The position numbers and the translations under genes were made by a program. A stretch of 64,000 bases of DNA from Myxococcales bacterium. GTDB taxonomy: Bacteria > Myxococcota_A > Polyangia > Polyangiales > DASUME01. The DNA lies in contig JASGJH010000001.1 in the NCBI GenBank assembly GCA_047601445.1, positions 5,312,001 through 5,376,000 of the forward strand. The letters are read 5' to 3'. Shown piece after piece: positions 31,001 through 40,697 of this stretch. Within the stretch, counting starts at the first letter, position 1, and every line of letters begins with the position of its first letter. The notes beneath the pieces were generated by a model that worked only from the letters and a program-made list of their open reading frames with translations, did no database searches and had not been told where the DNA came from.

Positions 31001-32289
31001 TGCGCGTGCGAGCGGGCGCTCTCACGGGCCTGCTCCGGGAACGCGTCGAGCAACGCGTGTGCCAGCACCTGTGCGGTCGCGAAGGGATGCGACCCGCTGG
31101 CCTCGGCGCGCAGCACGGCGAAGCCTGCGAGGCGTGCCTTGAGCGCTGCCTCGGCCAGCAAGCGTGTGCGGCCGAAGCCTGAGTCCCCCACGATCAAGCT
31201 GCGATTGGGGATGCCGCCCGCCGCGCCCTCCAGGGCTGCGTCGAAGCGGGCCAGCAGCGCGTCGCGACCCACCAACTCGGGGTTGGTCAAGTACGCCTGT
31301 GCCAGCACTTCGGCCTCGGCGCGCGGCTCGGCCGGCAGCTGACCGATCACGTTGAGTCGCTCGATCACCTCGACGGCGTGGCGCGGACGCGCACCGGGTT
31401 CGAGCGCGAGCAGCGTCATGATGAGCTCGTCGAGCTCGGCTGGGATCGAAGCTTGATGCTTGGAGGGCAGAACGGGTCGGCGCCGCCACAGCTCGAACAA
31501 GTCGTCCATACGCCGCGCAGCAAAGGCGTGCTGCCCCGTCAGTAGCCAGTAAGCCAACGCCCCCAGTGCGTAGAGGTCCGCGCGTTGATCGAGCGGCTCC
31601 TGGCGCAACACTTCGGGCGCCACGAAGGGCGCCGTTCCGACCACGTCGCTGCTGATGCCAAAGCTCGCCAGCGCCCCGAAATCCAGCAGCTTGCAGCGGC
31701 CTTCCTTGGTCCGATAGACGTTGCGCGGCGTCACGTCTCGATGCACCAGACGCCGCGCGTGCAGCAACGCGAGCGAAGTGGCCACGTCACGCAGGCAACG
31801 ACAAGCTTCGCGGTAGGGCAGCGGCCCCCCGTGCTGCAGGTCGCTGCCCCCCTCCAGCAGCTCCATGGTGTAGTAAGGGCCCGCCGGAGAGAAGCCGTAC
31901 TCGTGGACGCGGATGATGTATGGGTGCGCCAGGTGCGCGAGCGTCTGGTACTCGCGTTCGAAGAGACTCACCATGCGCGGGTTGCGCGCGCTCTCGCCGC
32001 GCAGCTGCTTGAGCGCCACGACGCGACCGTTGGCCGCGTCCTCGGCACGCGACACGACACCGATGCCCCCGGCAGCAATCTCCTCGAGCATGCGGTAGCG
32101 CCCCGCGAACAACGGCGTCGACGCGGAGTCCTGGTCGTCGGACCCCGCTGGCGCCGCGCGCGGAGGATGGGAGTGAGGTCGCTCCAGGCCGGTCACGAGT
32201 GCAACGAGTGTAAGGTTGGCCGCCTCTCCGAGTCGACCGTTTCCTGCCAGGCGAATTGCTGTCTGACCGTGTGAGGGGGCGTCCCCCAT
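28084..32289 (-). CDS. Ser/Thr protein kinase with AAA-ATPase, helical/TPR-like and GAF-like regions
   Basis: VALKQL, HRDVTPRN, DFG, APE, DLYALG; GDSGFGRT P-loop; LLVAVDN Walker B. Confidence 0.9.
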   Translation of the reverse strand: MGDAPSHGQTAIRLAGNGRLGEAANLTLVALVTGLERPHSHPPRAAPAGSDDQDSASTPLFAGRYRMLEEIAAGGIGVVSRAEDAANGRVVALKQLRGESARNPRMVSLFEREYQTLAHLAHPYIIRVHEYGFSPAGPYYTMELLEGGSDLQHGGPLPYREACRCLRDVATSLALLHARRLVHRDVTPRNVYRTKEGRCKLLDFGALASFGISSDVVGTAPFVAPEVLRQEPLDQRADLYALGALAYWLLTGQHAFAARRMDDLFELWRRRPVLPSKHQASIPAELDELIMTLLALEPGARPRHAVEVIERLNVIGQLPAEPRAEAEVLAQAYLTNPELVGRDALLARFDAALEGAAGGIPNRSLIVGDSGFGRTRLLAEAALKARLAGFAVLRAEASGSHPFATAQVLAHALLDAFPEQARESARSHAQVLANLGPELAQRLGVATNSRGSPTPGDWSEQIADAMGRWFHRMTADHCLLVAVDNLERADEASLALLASLRSSKRSSRLWVLGSCTTVEPHATSVGLKALIRVSQVHRLEPLSESATAELLRSIFGDATNLVRCSRWIYDLTAGSPLHCIELVDTLLAEGGLRFVDGIWLLPGSRPELTLSSDLAQAMTGRLKGLGADALSLAQTLSLVKVTLSLELCLALAQRFARSGYLILDDLVQSRVLVVEGKLCRFSSDALRQTLALRMAAEELVVHHRQIGEVLLALPTLDSFMKMQAGNHLMEGGDRLRGAECVYSVAARAMEEMNDSIHQFAPILARAHDELELLGSSRYMRLPLLLGLADASFYADWRWAQRYGAKTLEAIEDVLGITLARKLGRFLGRKLAILVSLMLATLRYVVLRPRVHPSVGELFIRSIGSASALVGAAAAVFDRETAARATKTLRALSWLGKRSALDGAHDFSVALLSLIEDHPHESSARFAELAARFSDTQNYREISQTSRILWIGGARYALGVNQTMKATDEAIDTAKALAHGGIAMHRMLAHQLRIAYHVCRGELEKAEQYRETVEAYAILVGSAWQAEIWESAVSSVLYARSGDVVNAKRVSELFADLSQRIPSLALYAAQTRAGLAYARGEYALAQSLWEEALSGKQPRSFAGWLLARANLAACHNGQGQFEEAEQLCRDSAGTARPGDAEYPLMSLWLHIEWAMAEAGLGKGTAAAARLDVLLESGMTGENPFLRGSLHAARAQVAFRMGDEQAFERQASQVRHWFGLSDNPALLRRFEQLNLLALKAPWRRPSIRAPALSETFDNLVRCADRGSRQRLALDAILRMSNAQQGLFFEREGLEISLAAASGFSEAPAGVLARAREVLEDLSRGTTATLASGTHDERTRREIVGAYRILPLVVEERGQLHVLGAVALPENSELAPPALPELEEIARGLLAPFSPKTAAAHDTR

Positions 32290-32299
32290 CGCCCGGATT

Positions 32300-32971
32300 T
32301 CAGCTGCCCGTCGGGTCGTCTTCGGCCGGAACTTGGTTCGAAAGGGCACACCAAACCGTGGTCGGCGTGCACAGGGTGGTACGCACCGCACCAAACCCGA
32401 TGTTGGAGCCGGGAGCGGCCGCCACGGTGTGGTCCTTGACGCGCTGCCCATCGAGCAGGGTCTTGTTCTTGCTGTCGGCGTCCCCCAGCTGCAGCCGTCC
32501 CAGTTCGTCGAACTCGAACCAGGCGTGAATTTGGGAGACGCTGCGGTGTTGCAACCAGAGCTCACAGGAGCGCGCCCGCCCGACGCTCAGGCGCCCCGTC
32601 TTCACATCCACCATGCTGCGTCGGATCGCCGTCACGAAGCACAGATCGCCACGCACCTCGGAGGACACGTGGGGCGGCACCTTGCGATCGATCGAGGGTT
32701 GCCCAGCGCGCCAGCGCGCCGTGACGGCCTCGTACTCGGCGGTGCTACTGTGGGGCGTGGATGGAGCGTCGACTCCGGTCAGCACTGGGCTACGGCTGAG
32801 CAGCGATTGCGTCAGCGCGTCGTCGCGCTCGAATAGGCGGACAATCAGGAAGTAGGCGTCGGCATAGTGCTCGAGGAAGGTCTCGAGCGGGACCTGCTCA
32901 CAGAAGTTCTGCAAGGTGGGTGGAAGCCAGCGTATCGGGGGCTGAGCTTTGGTCATCGACTCATGGAGCAT
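32300..32971 (-). CDS. FHA-domain protein
   Basis: SVGRARSCEL..SVSQIHA..DADSKNKT. Confidence 0.88.
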   Translation of the reverse strand: MLHESMTKAQPPIRWLPPTLQNFCEQVPLETFLEHYADAYFLIVRLFERDDALTQSLLSRSPVLTGVDAPSTPHSSTAEYEAVTARWRAGQPSIDRKVPPHVSSEVRGDLCFVTAIRRSMVDVKTGRLSVGRARSCELWLQHRSVSQIHAWFEFDELGRLQLGDADSKNKTLLDGQRVKDHTVAAAPGSNIGFGAVRTTLCTPTTVWCALSNQVPAEDDPTGS

Positions 32972-32975
32972 CTTA

Positions 32976-33764
32976 TCACCAACGTCCGCGCAGCGAGAGG
33001 CCGAGCCCTTGGCGGGTCCAACTGAGCACGGGCTTGAGTTCGAGCGCCCGCCTCTCGACGTCGTCGAGGGCGCCCGCAGGCAAGGTGGCCGCTTGAATCG
33101 AGGTCAGCGCCATGCTCCCTAGCAGAGCCCCGGCCCCGGAGAACTCGCGGTCGTACTTGAGCCAGAGCGGCAAGCCGATGCCGAGCCCCACCGCCAGGCC
33201 GCCCGCGTAGGCCGCCCAACCGCGGCCGAACGCCTGCATTTTCGCACTCTCCGCGAGCAGCTCCTCCCCCACGGCGCGCTTCCGCGCCCGCTCTTGCCCC
33301 GTGGTACCAGGCAGCTGGCCCAGACGACCCGCTGCGTTCAGCGCCACCGGCTTGAGCAGGATCATGGAGAGCAGGCTGAGCGCAGAGCCCGAGGCGTTCA
33401 GCAGATGCTCTGCGCGGGCCCCCGGATCCTCGAAAGTCAGGGCCGCCCACGCGAGCTGCCCCACCAGCAAGCTACTTTGGATGGTCATCCAGGTGCGCCG
33501 CCAACGCCGGGTGCGCTCCTGGTCGACCTGCAGAATGCCCTCGATGGCCGCAATGCGTTCAACATCGCTCTCGACGGTCCGCGTCTGCGCGAGCGCCCTG
33601 GCGCTGGCACATGTGGCGCACACGAAGAGGAGCGTCGCGACGATGCGGGATGAGGTCACCCACTCAACGTACCGGACACGATCACGCATTGGGAGAGTCC
33701 CGCGCTGCCACGCGCCTGGCGCACGGCGGCGCGACGTCTCACGCTGCCGATTGGGGCGGCTCAT
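32976..33764 (-). CDS. Hypothetical exported/membrane protein
   Basis: Signal-like segment and several hydrophobic helices; ends GLGLSLRGRW; start uncertain. Confidence 0.7.
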   Translation of the reverse strand: MSRPNRQRETSRRRAPGAWQRGTLPMRDRVRYVEWVTSSRIVATLLFVCATCASARALAQTRTVESDVERIAAIEGILQVDQERTRRWRRTWMTIQSSLLVGQLAWAALTFEDPGARAEHLLNASGSALSLLSMILLKPVALNAAGRLGQLPGTTGQERARKRAVGEELLAESAKMQAFGRGWAAYAGGLAVGLGIGLPLWLKYDREFSGAGALLGSMALTSIQAATLPAGALDDVERRALELKPVLSWTRQGLGLSLRGRW

Positions 33765-35347
33765 GCGCGGCGCGCGCGAGGCGCGCCATGCAACGCTCGG
33801 CCAGCGCTGCGATGGTGAGGCTGGGATTCACCCCGATGTTCACCGGCAGCGCCGAGCCATCGACCACGTACAAGCCCGGATAGCCGTGGACCTGATGTTC
33901 GGCATCGATCACACCGTGCTGAGCGTCACGGCCCATGGCGGCGCCCCCCAACACGTGCGCCGTGGTGGAGAGATTGGCCACGCTCTCCGAAGTCATGTTC
34001 TGCGCAACCCCATCGCTGACTTCGGCGAACGCGCGCGCCGCGGCGTTCGCCTCGGGAATGTAGGCCGGCGCACGCGAATGGACCTCGGACTCACTGACCA
34101 GACCGCGCCGATAGCCGGTGAGGATGGAGCGCCCGAGGCGCAGCGAGATTCTGGCTGTCCAGCGACTGCATCACCGTGAGTACGCTGACGCGCTTGTGCC
34201 AGCGGCGCGTGCACAGCGTGCGCAGGGTGCGCCAGGGCGTGAACAGCATGATCAGCAGGACCTTGAGCGCACGCAGCAAGGGGTGGTCGCCCTCCACCAG
34301 GGGCCCCATGTACCACTTCATGAACTCGTAGTTGGCTGGGAAGCGATTCTGCGTGATGTGAGTGTGAGCATTGGCGTAGAAATGCGAGGAGATGGCGGTG
34401 CCGCGACTGAGGTCTTCGTCCCTGCGACGAGCCTCGATGCCGACGATCGCTTCGCTGTTGGTCCGCACGCGCCGCCCCAGGCAGGGCGAGAGTCCAGGCA
34501 GCGTCTGCAGCTCGTCCCGACAACGCAGCAACAGCTCCACGGTTCCGAGCACCCCGCCCGCGAAAAACACGCGCTGGGCACGGAAGACTCGGGCCGGGCG
34601 CTGCGCATCGAGTGGGTCCACGGCTTCGACCTCGTAGCGGTCCCCGAAGGGACGCACGGACACCACCTTCTGGCGCGGTAGCACGCGCGCGCCGAGTCGC
34701 TCGGCCAAATGGAGGTAGTTCTTGTCCAGCGTGTTCTTGGCGTTGCTGGGGCAGCCGGTGAGGCAGCGGCCACACTGCGTGCAGCCCGCGCGTTCGGGCC
34801 CTTTTCCTCGAAAGAACGGGTCCGGCTGCGTCACGCCCGGTCCCGCGAAATAGATGCCGAGCGGAACCGGCCCATAGCTCGTCCCGACGCCCAGCTTCTT
34901 CGCCGTCGCTTCCAGGTAGCGGTCCATGCGCCCGACGTGGGGCGTCAGCGCGCGGCCGAGCATGCGTTGCGCCGTGGCGTAATGAGGCTCGAGCTCACTG
35001 CGCAGGTCGATACCGAGCTGCTTCCACAGAGGCTCCTCGAAGAAAGCCGCCTTGGGTTCGAGCAACACCGCGCCGTAGACCAAGCTTCCGCCGCCCACAC
35101 CGACGCCGCCCACGATGGCCACGTCCTTGAAGACGCGCTGCGTGAAGTAGCCGCTGCAGCCGAGCCGGGGTGCCCAGAACAGCTTGCGCGGAGACTGCAT
35201 GGCCTCTTCGATCTCGGTGCCGGTCACACGGCGTCCCTGCTCGAGGGCCGCCACGCGATAGCCCTGTTCGGCCAGGCGCAGCGTGGCCACACTGCCGCCG
35301 AATCCGGTTCCGATCACGATCGCATCGAACTCGAGAACCTCTGCCAC
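33739..35347 (-). pseudogene. Cholesterol oxidase-like GMC oxidoreductase, single +1 frameshift at about 34149
   Basis: GTGFGG, GVGGGSLVY, CTQCGRCLTGC..AKNTLDKNYL; the C-terminus TAHVLGG..VVDGS..GVNPSLTIAALAER is in another frame. Removing one base restores one ORF; may be a sequencing error. Confidence 0.88.
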
Positions 35348-35540
35348 GTCGTACCGCTTTCGTTGAGAGACTCGCTCCTAACCTCGATCGCAGGGGCCTC
35401 GACCTCAAGCTTCACCGCGTGTCAGGCTCGTGTCCGGCGCTGCCAGGTCGTGGTGGGGACTCGGGGGAGCTTGCGCTGCCAGAAGGCTGACCGCTGGGGA
35501 TCCTGTCTCGGCGCCCATGCTGGTACTAGCCTGCCGTGCG

Positions 35541-35732
35541 ATGCCACTTCGTCTCTATTTGCCCTTGCTCGGATTCCTCGTTCCCACTCTTCTGATCGGC
35601 TACGGCTTCGTGATTCCACGCAGCTGCATCGCCGGCATCAACGAGCTCACGCTCGGCTTTGGTGCGACCGTAGGCAGCGCTGCGCTCACCTACCTCGTGG
35701 GCGTCAAGTTGGCGCTACGCCTGACTCGCTGA
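35541..35732 (+). CDS. Small two-helix membrane protein
   Basis: MPLRLYLPLLGFLVPTLLIGYGFVIPRSCIAGINELTLGF...; fills the gap between genes. Confidence 0.65.
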   Translation: MPLRLYLPLLGFLVPTLLIGYGFVIPRSCIAGINELTLGFGATVGSAALTYLVGVKLALRLTR

Positions 35733-36893
35733 CGTGAGCTCGCAGGCTCCGGCCGAGGGACGCCCCACATAGACATGGGCGGAGTGGCCTCCGCTGTGAT
35801 TCGGGTAGCGCAGCGCGATCGCGTTCTCGAGCGCCGTCACTCGCTCCTCCGGAACCAGCGCGACCACGCAGCCCCCAAAGCCACCGCCAGTCATGCGCGC
35901 CCCGCCGCCCTGCTCGCCCACAACGTCCTGGACAATCTCCACCAGCGCATCGACCGCGGGAACACTGACCTCGAAGTCATCGCGCAGCGACGCGTGGGAG
36001 GCTGCCATCAGCTTCCCCAGAGCCGGGATGTCCGACCGCGCGAGCGCCTTGGCCGCCTCGAGAGCGCGCGCATTCTCATTCACGACGTGACGCGCACGCT
36101 TGAACAGGAGAGGGTCGAGCTTGTCGCGAGCGCGCTCGAGCTCCATGGGGTCGAGTTCACGCAACGAGCTCACCCCCAGTCGCCGCGCCGCATTCTCGCA
36201 CTGTACCCGCCGCACGTTGTATTCGCTGCTGGCCAGATTTCGGGTGATGCGCGAGTCGGCCACCATGATCGCCATGCCGTCAGGCACCCGAGCCAGGGTG
36301 AAATCCAGGCTGCGGCAGTCGATCAGCAGCGCGTACTCACGCTCGCCGCAGGCCGAAACCAGCTGGTCCATGATGCCGGAGCGACAACCCACGAAATCGT
36401 TCTCGGCCGCCTGTCCAATCTGGGCGATCGCGAGGTCCGAGAGTGGCAACTCGAAGACCGCCCGCAACGCCCATCCCAGCGCGACCTCCAGCGCCGCCGA
36501 TGAAGACAGCCCCGCGCCGCGCGGCACGTTGCCGCTCACCACCAAGTCGATGGATCCGAGCGGGTGACCCCGACCGAGCACTTCCTTGACCACGCCGCGA
36601 ACGAAGTTCGACCACGGCTTCGCGCTCGGGCTGATCGGCTCGTCCAGCGAGAAGTGATCTTGCTCGCCGAGGTCGGCCGCGACGACCCGTACTTGGCGCT
36701 GTGATCGCGCCGGACGCGCCGCCGCCACCACCGTATGGAAGTCGAGGGCGCAGGGCAGCACGAAACCGAGGTTGTAGTCCGTGTGCTCCCCGATCAAGTT
36801 CACGCGCCCGGGAGCCCGGAACGAGCGCGGAGAGATTGGCCCGAAATGGGCCGCGAAGGTCTGCCGTGCAACGCTTGCGGGATCCTTCGTCAC
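35715..36893 (-). CDS. galK: Galactokinase
   Basis: [40 protein letters not shown]. Confidence 0.97.
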   Translation of the reverse strand: MTKDPASVARQTFAAHFGPISPRSFRAPGRVNLIGEHTDYNLGFVLPCALDFHTVVAAARPARSQRQVRVVAADLGEQDHFSLDEPISPSAKPWSNFVRGVVKEVLGRGHPLGSIDLVVSGNVPRGAGLSSSAALEVALGWALRAVFELPLSDLAIAQIGQAAENDFVGCRSGIMDQLVSACGEREYALLIDCRSLDFTLARVPDGMAIMVADSRITRNLASSEYNVRRVQCENAARRLGVSSLRELDPMELERARDKLDPLLFKRARHVVNENARALEAAKALARSDIPALGKLMAASHASLRDDFEVSVPAVDALVEIVQDVVGEQGGGARMTGGGFGGCVVALVPEERVTALENAIALRYPNHSGGHSAHVYVGRPSAGACELTSASQA

Positions 36894-37921
36894 AGCTTCT
36901 CCCGGTAGTGGTTCAAGCTGCTCGAGCGCAGCACGGCCGCGGCCTGTTCGGCAGTCATGTCGCGCTGCACCTCGGCCAGCAACTCGTAGCCGACCATGAA
37001 CTTGCGAATGCTGGCCGAGCGTAGGAGCGGAGGGTAGAAATGCGCGTGCAACTGCCAGTGCGACCCTGCGTCCGGGTCATCGGGTGCTCCGTGCCAGCCC
37101 ATCGAATAGGGGAACGGGCAATTGAAGACATTGTCGTAGCGGGTCGCGAGGCGCTTCAACATCAGGGCCAGATCACGGACTTGATCCTCGCTCAGCTGAC
37201 TCAAACGTTGTACCCGTGTGCGAGGCAAGAGCAGAGTCTCGAACGGCCAGGCAGCCCAGAATGGCACGACCGCCACGAAGTGCTCGGTAGCCTCCACGAT
37301 GCGCTCGCCGCGCTCCAGTTCGCGCCGCAGGTAGTCGAGCAGCAACGGGCTGCCGTGCGCAGCAAAGTGGGCCCGCTGACACTCGTCCTCGCGCGCGGCC
37401 AGCTCGGGGAGGAAGCTACTGGCCCAAATCTGCCCATGCGGGTGTGGGCTCGAGCAGCCCATCATCTCCCCCTTGTTCTCGAAGACTTGAACCCAGCGAT
37501 ACGTGCGTGAGAGCTCTCGAAACTCGCGCTGCCAAGTGACGACCAGTTCCCCGATCTGCGCGAGCGAGAGCTCGGGCAATGTTCGAGAGTGGTCACCGGA
37601 GTAGCAGATGACGCGGCTGGTCCCGCGGGCGCTCTGACTCACGAACGTCGGGTCGTCGCTGTGCTCCCAGCTCGGCGTGTGCGGTTCGAGGGCCGGGTGG
37701 TCGTTCTCGAACACGAAGGGTCCGTGGTACTCGGGATTGCGCGCTCCCCCGATGCGCTGATTGCCCGGGCAAAGGTAGCAGGCAGGATCGCGGGGCGAGC
37801 TTGGCGGCACGACGGCCGCAGCCGTCGCTCCTTGCCACGGCCGGCTCGCCCGCTGTGGAGACACGAGGACCCAGCTTCCCTGCAGCGGATTGAAGCGACG
37901 ATGGGGCAGGTCGAAGTGCAT
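36890..37921 (-). CDS. galT: Galactose-1-phosphate uridylyltransferase
   Basis: [50 protein letters not shown]. Confidence 0.97.
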   Translation of the reverse strand: MHFDLPHRRFNPLQGSWVLVSPQRASRPWQGATAAAVVPPSSPRDPACYLCPGNQRIGGARNPEYHGPFVFENDHPALEPHTPSWEHSDDPTFVSQSARGTSRVICYSGDHSRTLPELSLAQIGELVVTWQREFRELSRTYRWVQVFENKGEMMGCSSPHPHGQIWASSFLPELAAREDECQRAHFAAHGSPLLLDYLRRELERGERIVEATEHFVAVVPFWAAWPFETLLLPRTRVQRLSQLSEDQVRDLALMLKRLATRYDNVFNCPFPYSMGWHGAPDDPDAGSHWQLHAHFYPPLLRSASIRKFMVGYELLAEVQRDMTAEQAAAVLRSSSLNHYREKL

Positions 37922-37935
37922 CGAGATCGTTCCGC

Positions 37936-38559
37936 TCAGCGTCCACTCGTGCGCGCGCGCAAACGTGAAAGCGTCTCATGGGGCATGTCGCGCACGACGC
38001 GCTCGGCCATCCACTTGGGAACACTGCCGCCGATGTCGGCATCGACCTGGTAGACCACACGCGTCCGTGCCGGCTCGAGCTGCCGGATCTTGTAGAAGCC
38101 CTCCAGCCGCGGCATACGCACCACGCGCTCCGGTAGCGGGCGCAACTTGGGATTGTCGTTTCGAAAGCTGAGCGTGATGCCACCATCTGCGGCGTGCTCG
38201 AATCGGGTGTCGAGGATCACGTCGCGATCCCAAACGGGCCACGGGGCATCGGTTCGATTGTAGACGATCACATGATCGCCATCGAAGCGCTTGACCGCCT
38301 CGGCAGCCGCGCAACGATGCATCCACTCCGTGTGACCCTCGATCTTCTTGAGTTCGTCCACGATGACCGAGGCAGGAGCGGCGATCACTACCTCGCCTCG
38401 AAAGCCGGGCAAGCCTTGACCTGGTGTGTCACGACGCCAGACCTTGATTCCGTCATCGTCGAGAACGTAGGTCCAGGACGCTGTGGACGACTCCCCGCGC
38501 AACGGAGAGGCGAAGAGCGCGATGCAGAAGAGAGCGATACCCACGCGGAGCTGTTTCAT
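37936..38559 (-). CDS. Secreted START-domain lipid-binding protein
   Basis: Signal peptide; [32 protein letters not shown]. Confidence 0.88.
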   Translation of the reverse strand: MKQLRVGIALFCIALFASPLRGESSTASWTYVLDDDGIKVWRRDTPGQGLPGFRGEVVIAAPASVIVDELKKIEGHTEWMHRCAAAEAVKRFDGDHVIVYNRTDAPWPVWDRDVILDTRFEHAADGGITLSFRNDNPKLRPLPERVVRMPRLEGFYKIRQLEPARTRVVYQVDADIGGSVPKWMAERVVRDMPHETLSRLRARTSGR

Positions 38560-38602
38560 GCAGAGCAAGGTACCCGAACGCGCATCGCCCGAGAGGCTCC
38601 CC

Positions 38603-38624
38603 GGATGACAGCGGATTGTCATCC
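38603..38624. promoter_or_regulatory. Palindromic operator candidate upstream of START-galT-galK
   Basis: GGATGACA-N6-TGTCATCC perfect inverted repeat, about 44 nt before the ATG. Confidence 0.55.
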
Positions 38625-38757
38625 CTCGGTCCTACCAGCGATGCGCATGCCACGACGAGCGATGCGTGGCACACGAAGTGCCAAGCGTGCGTTCGATCGA
38701 CTCGGAAGCCGCAATCCCTATGACTTTCGAAGTCATCTCCCCTCCACTAGAAGAGCG

Positions 38758-39471
38758 TCACTCCGCGATGACCCGCTGCATGCACGTCCACGCGCCCAAC
38801 TGCTCATTGAAGCCGCAGACACGCCAGAAGTCCGGACCGCAGTCTTCGTCCTTGGCACACTGGTCGCGCGGCGTCGTGCAATGCCTCAGGCTGGGCCAGT
38901 TCACTTGGTCTTCGAGGCACGTCTGCCCGTTCGGGCAATCGTCCTCCGTCGTGCAGCCGCCCTTCACGCACGCCGGTCCCTGGCGGTCGTCGGCACACAT
39001 GCAGGCGCTGCCGGTCGGACAGTCACCGTCGACTGCGCACGCATCGTACTGGCACTGGGTGCGCCTGATTTCCTTGTGTTCGCTGCAGGTACCGCCATCC
39101 TCGGCGAAGCAATCTGCGTCCAGTTCGCAGCTGCCGGTGGCGGGGTTGGTCGGGTAGCGACATTGGCCTTCAGCGCTGCCGACGCACAGTCCGTGTGGCT
39201 CCTCCGTGCAGTCCTCACGGCGCGAGCATTCGGTGCCGCCTCCATTCGTGGTGGCGGTAGGTACCAGCAGCCAGTCCGATCCGAACGCAGGTCGTCCGCA
39301 GCGGGCCATGACGATGTCATGATCACGACGCGGTGCACCATCGACCGCCGACTGGGCGGCATCTCGTCCCCCATCGCCACCATCGAGTCCGCCCTGGGTC
39401 GGGAGCGTGCTCTCGCTGCAAGCCAAGGAAAGAAGAGCAGCGCCGAGCGCCGCCAAGAACCGGGAGTGCAT
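38758..39471 (-). CDS. Cys-rich lipoprotein
   Basis: SLAC lipobox; repeated CxxDxDC units. Confidence 0.8.
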   Translation of the reverse strand: MHSRFLAALGAALLSLACSESTLPTQGGLDGGDGGRDAAQSAVDGAPRRDHDIVMARCGRPAFGSDWLLVPTATTNGGGTECSRREDCTEEPHGLCVGSAEGQCRYPTNPATGSCELDADCFAEDGGTCSEHKEIRRTQCQYDACAVDGDCPTGSACMCADDRQGPACVKGGCTTEDDCPNGQTCLEDQVNWPSLRHCTTPRDQCAKDEDCGPDFWRVCGFNEQLGAWTCMQRVIAE

Positions 39472-39555
39472 GGCCGCACCATACGTCAGGGGGTGCGCTC
39501 GCTGGAAGGCCCACCTGGCGCTATCACACCAGCACGGCTCGATGGGCCGCAGCGG

Positions 39556-39993
39556 TTAGCGAGCCGGCTGCTCGCTCCGCCAGATCACCAGACAACTCGT
39601 GTACGCCACGAAGAACCCCGTATGGATCGCCACGTCCCACCAGGGATTGCCGACCATCCACGGGCGATGTGCTTCGAGTAAGCCCTTGAATGCCATGCCC
39701 GCGTGGTGAAGGCCGACCAGCAGCCACAAGCGGCGCGCGTGGTCGCCCATGAGGCCCGCCAGAGCGAGCAGCAAGCCACCGACCAAGAGATAGTATCCGG
39801 AGAGCGTGCTCAGCGCCGACTCGAGCAGCGACGTTCCATCTCCATGTGCCCCTGCTCCTGCCAGATCCACGGCGGTGGAGAAGACCTGGTGCTGGAAGAG
39901 CAGCGCGACGGCGCCGAAGCACAGAGAGATGCATCCATCGACGCGGAGCAGGATGCGCGGGTAGCGGGCGTCGGACGGCGAAGGGCGGGGCAT
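39556..39993 (-). CDS. Hypothetical membrane protein
   Basis: About four hydrophobic segments. Confidence 0.65.
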   Translation of the reverse strand: MPRPSPSDARYPRILLRVDGCISLCFGAVALLFQHQVFSTAVDLAGAGAHGDGTSLLESALSTLSGYYLLVGGLLLALAGLMGDHARRLWLLVGLHHAGMAFKGLLEAHRPWMVGNPWWDVAIHTGFFVAYTSCLVIWRSEQPAR

Positions 39994-40019
39994 GGCCGGG
40001 GCGCAGCGTAGCCCGCGGC

Positions 40020-40574
40020 TCAGCGCAAGCCGAGCTCCTTCACGTCCCCGAGCACCTGGTCTGCGTGCACGCCAGGGTCGACGTCTTCGTATACCTTGGC
40101 CACGTGCGCGTTCGAGTCGATCAAGAAGCTGACGCGGGAATCGAAGCCGACGAAGGAGCCCACACCGAAGGCGTCGGACCAGACGTGATCAGGGTCGGAG
40201 ATGAGCGGGAACGGTAGGTCGTGCTCCTTGGCGAAGTCGGCCTGGCGGCGCTTGGGATCGCTCGAGACCCCAATCACGCGCACACCCGCATCGCTATAGC
40301 TCTTCCAGGAGTCGCGAAAGGCGCAGGCTTCCTTGGTGCAGCCGGGTGTGCCCGCGCGCGGGTAGAAGTAGAGCACCGTGGGCCCTTCGGCGCGCAGCTC
40401 GACAGGACGATTCAGTTGATCGGAGCTCTTCAAGTCGGGCACCTGCATGCCCACGGGCAGATAGCCCTTGCCGCCGTCGGGACGCTGTTGGGCGCCGCAA
40501 GCCGTGAACAGCGAAGACAACGAGAAAGCAAACGAGAGCGCAGGAAGGCGCGCGCTGAATGAACGATGGGTCAT
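40020..40574 (-). CDS. Peroxiredoxin (BCP/PrxQ), lipoprotein
   Basis: YFYPRAGTPGCTKEACAFRD, FPLISD; FTAC lipobox. Confidence 0.92.
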   Translation of the reverse strand: MTHRSFSARLPALSFAFSLSSLFTACGAQQRPDGGKGYLPVGMQVPDLKSSDQLNRPVELRAEGPTVLYFYPRAGTPGCTKEACAFRDSWKSYSDAGVRVIGVSSDPKRRQADFAKEHDLPFPLISDPDHVWSDAFGVGSFVGFDSRVSFLIDSNAHVAKVYEDVDPGVHADQVLGDVKELGLR

Positions 40575-40697
40575 GGGAACACTCCTGGGCCCGCGGCGCA
40601 TGAGCGCGTCACGCGGTGTTTCCTAGAGGAGGCAGGATTGGTGGCGATGGATTCGCTGCAAAATGAAGTGGGCGCACTTTGTGGCGCGCAGCGGGCA

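Noticed and set aside
32290..32565. N-terminal extension of the 1493-aa kinase ORF
   Set aside because: It overlaps the FHA gene in another frame; ATG 32289 follows the FHA stop.
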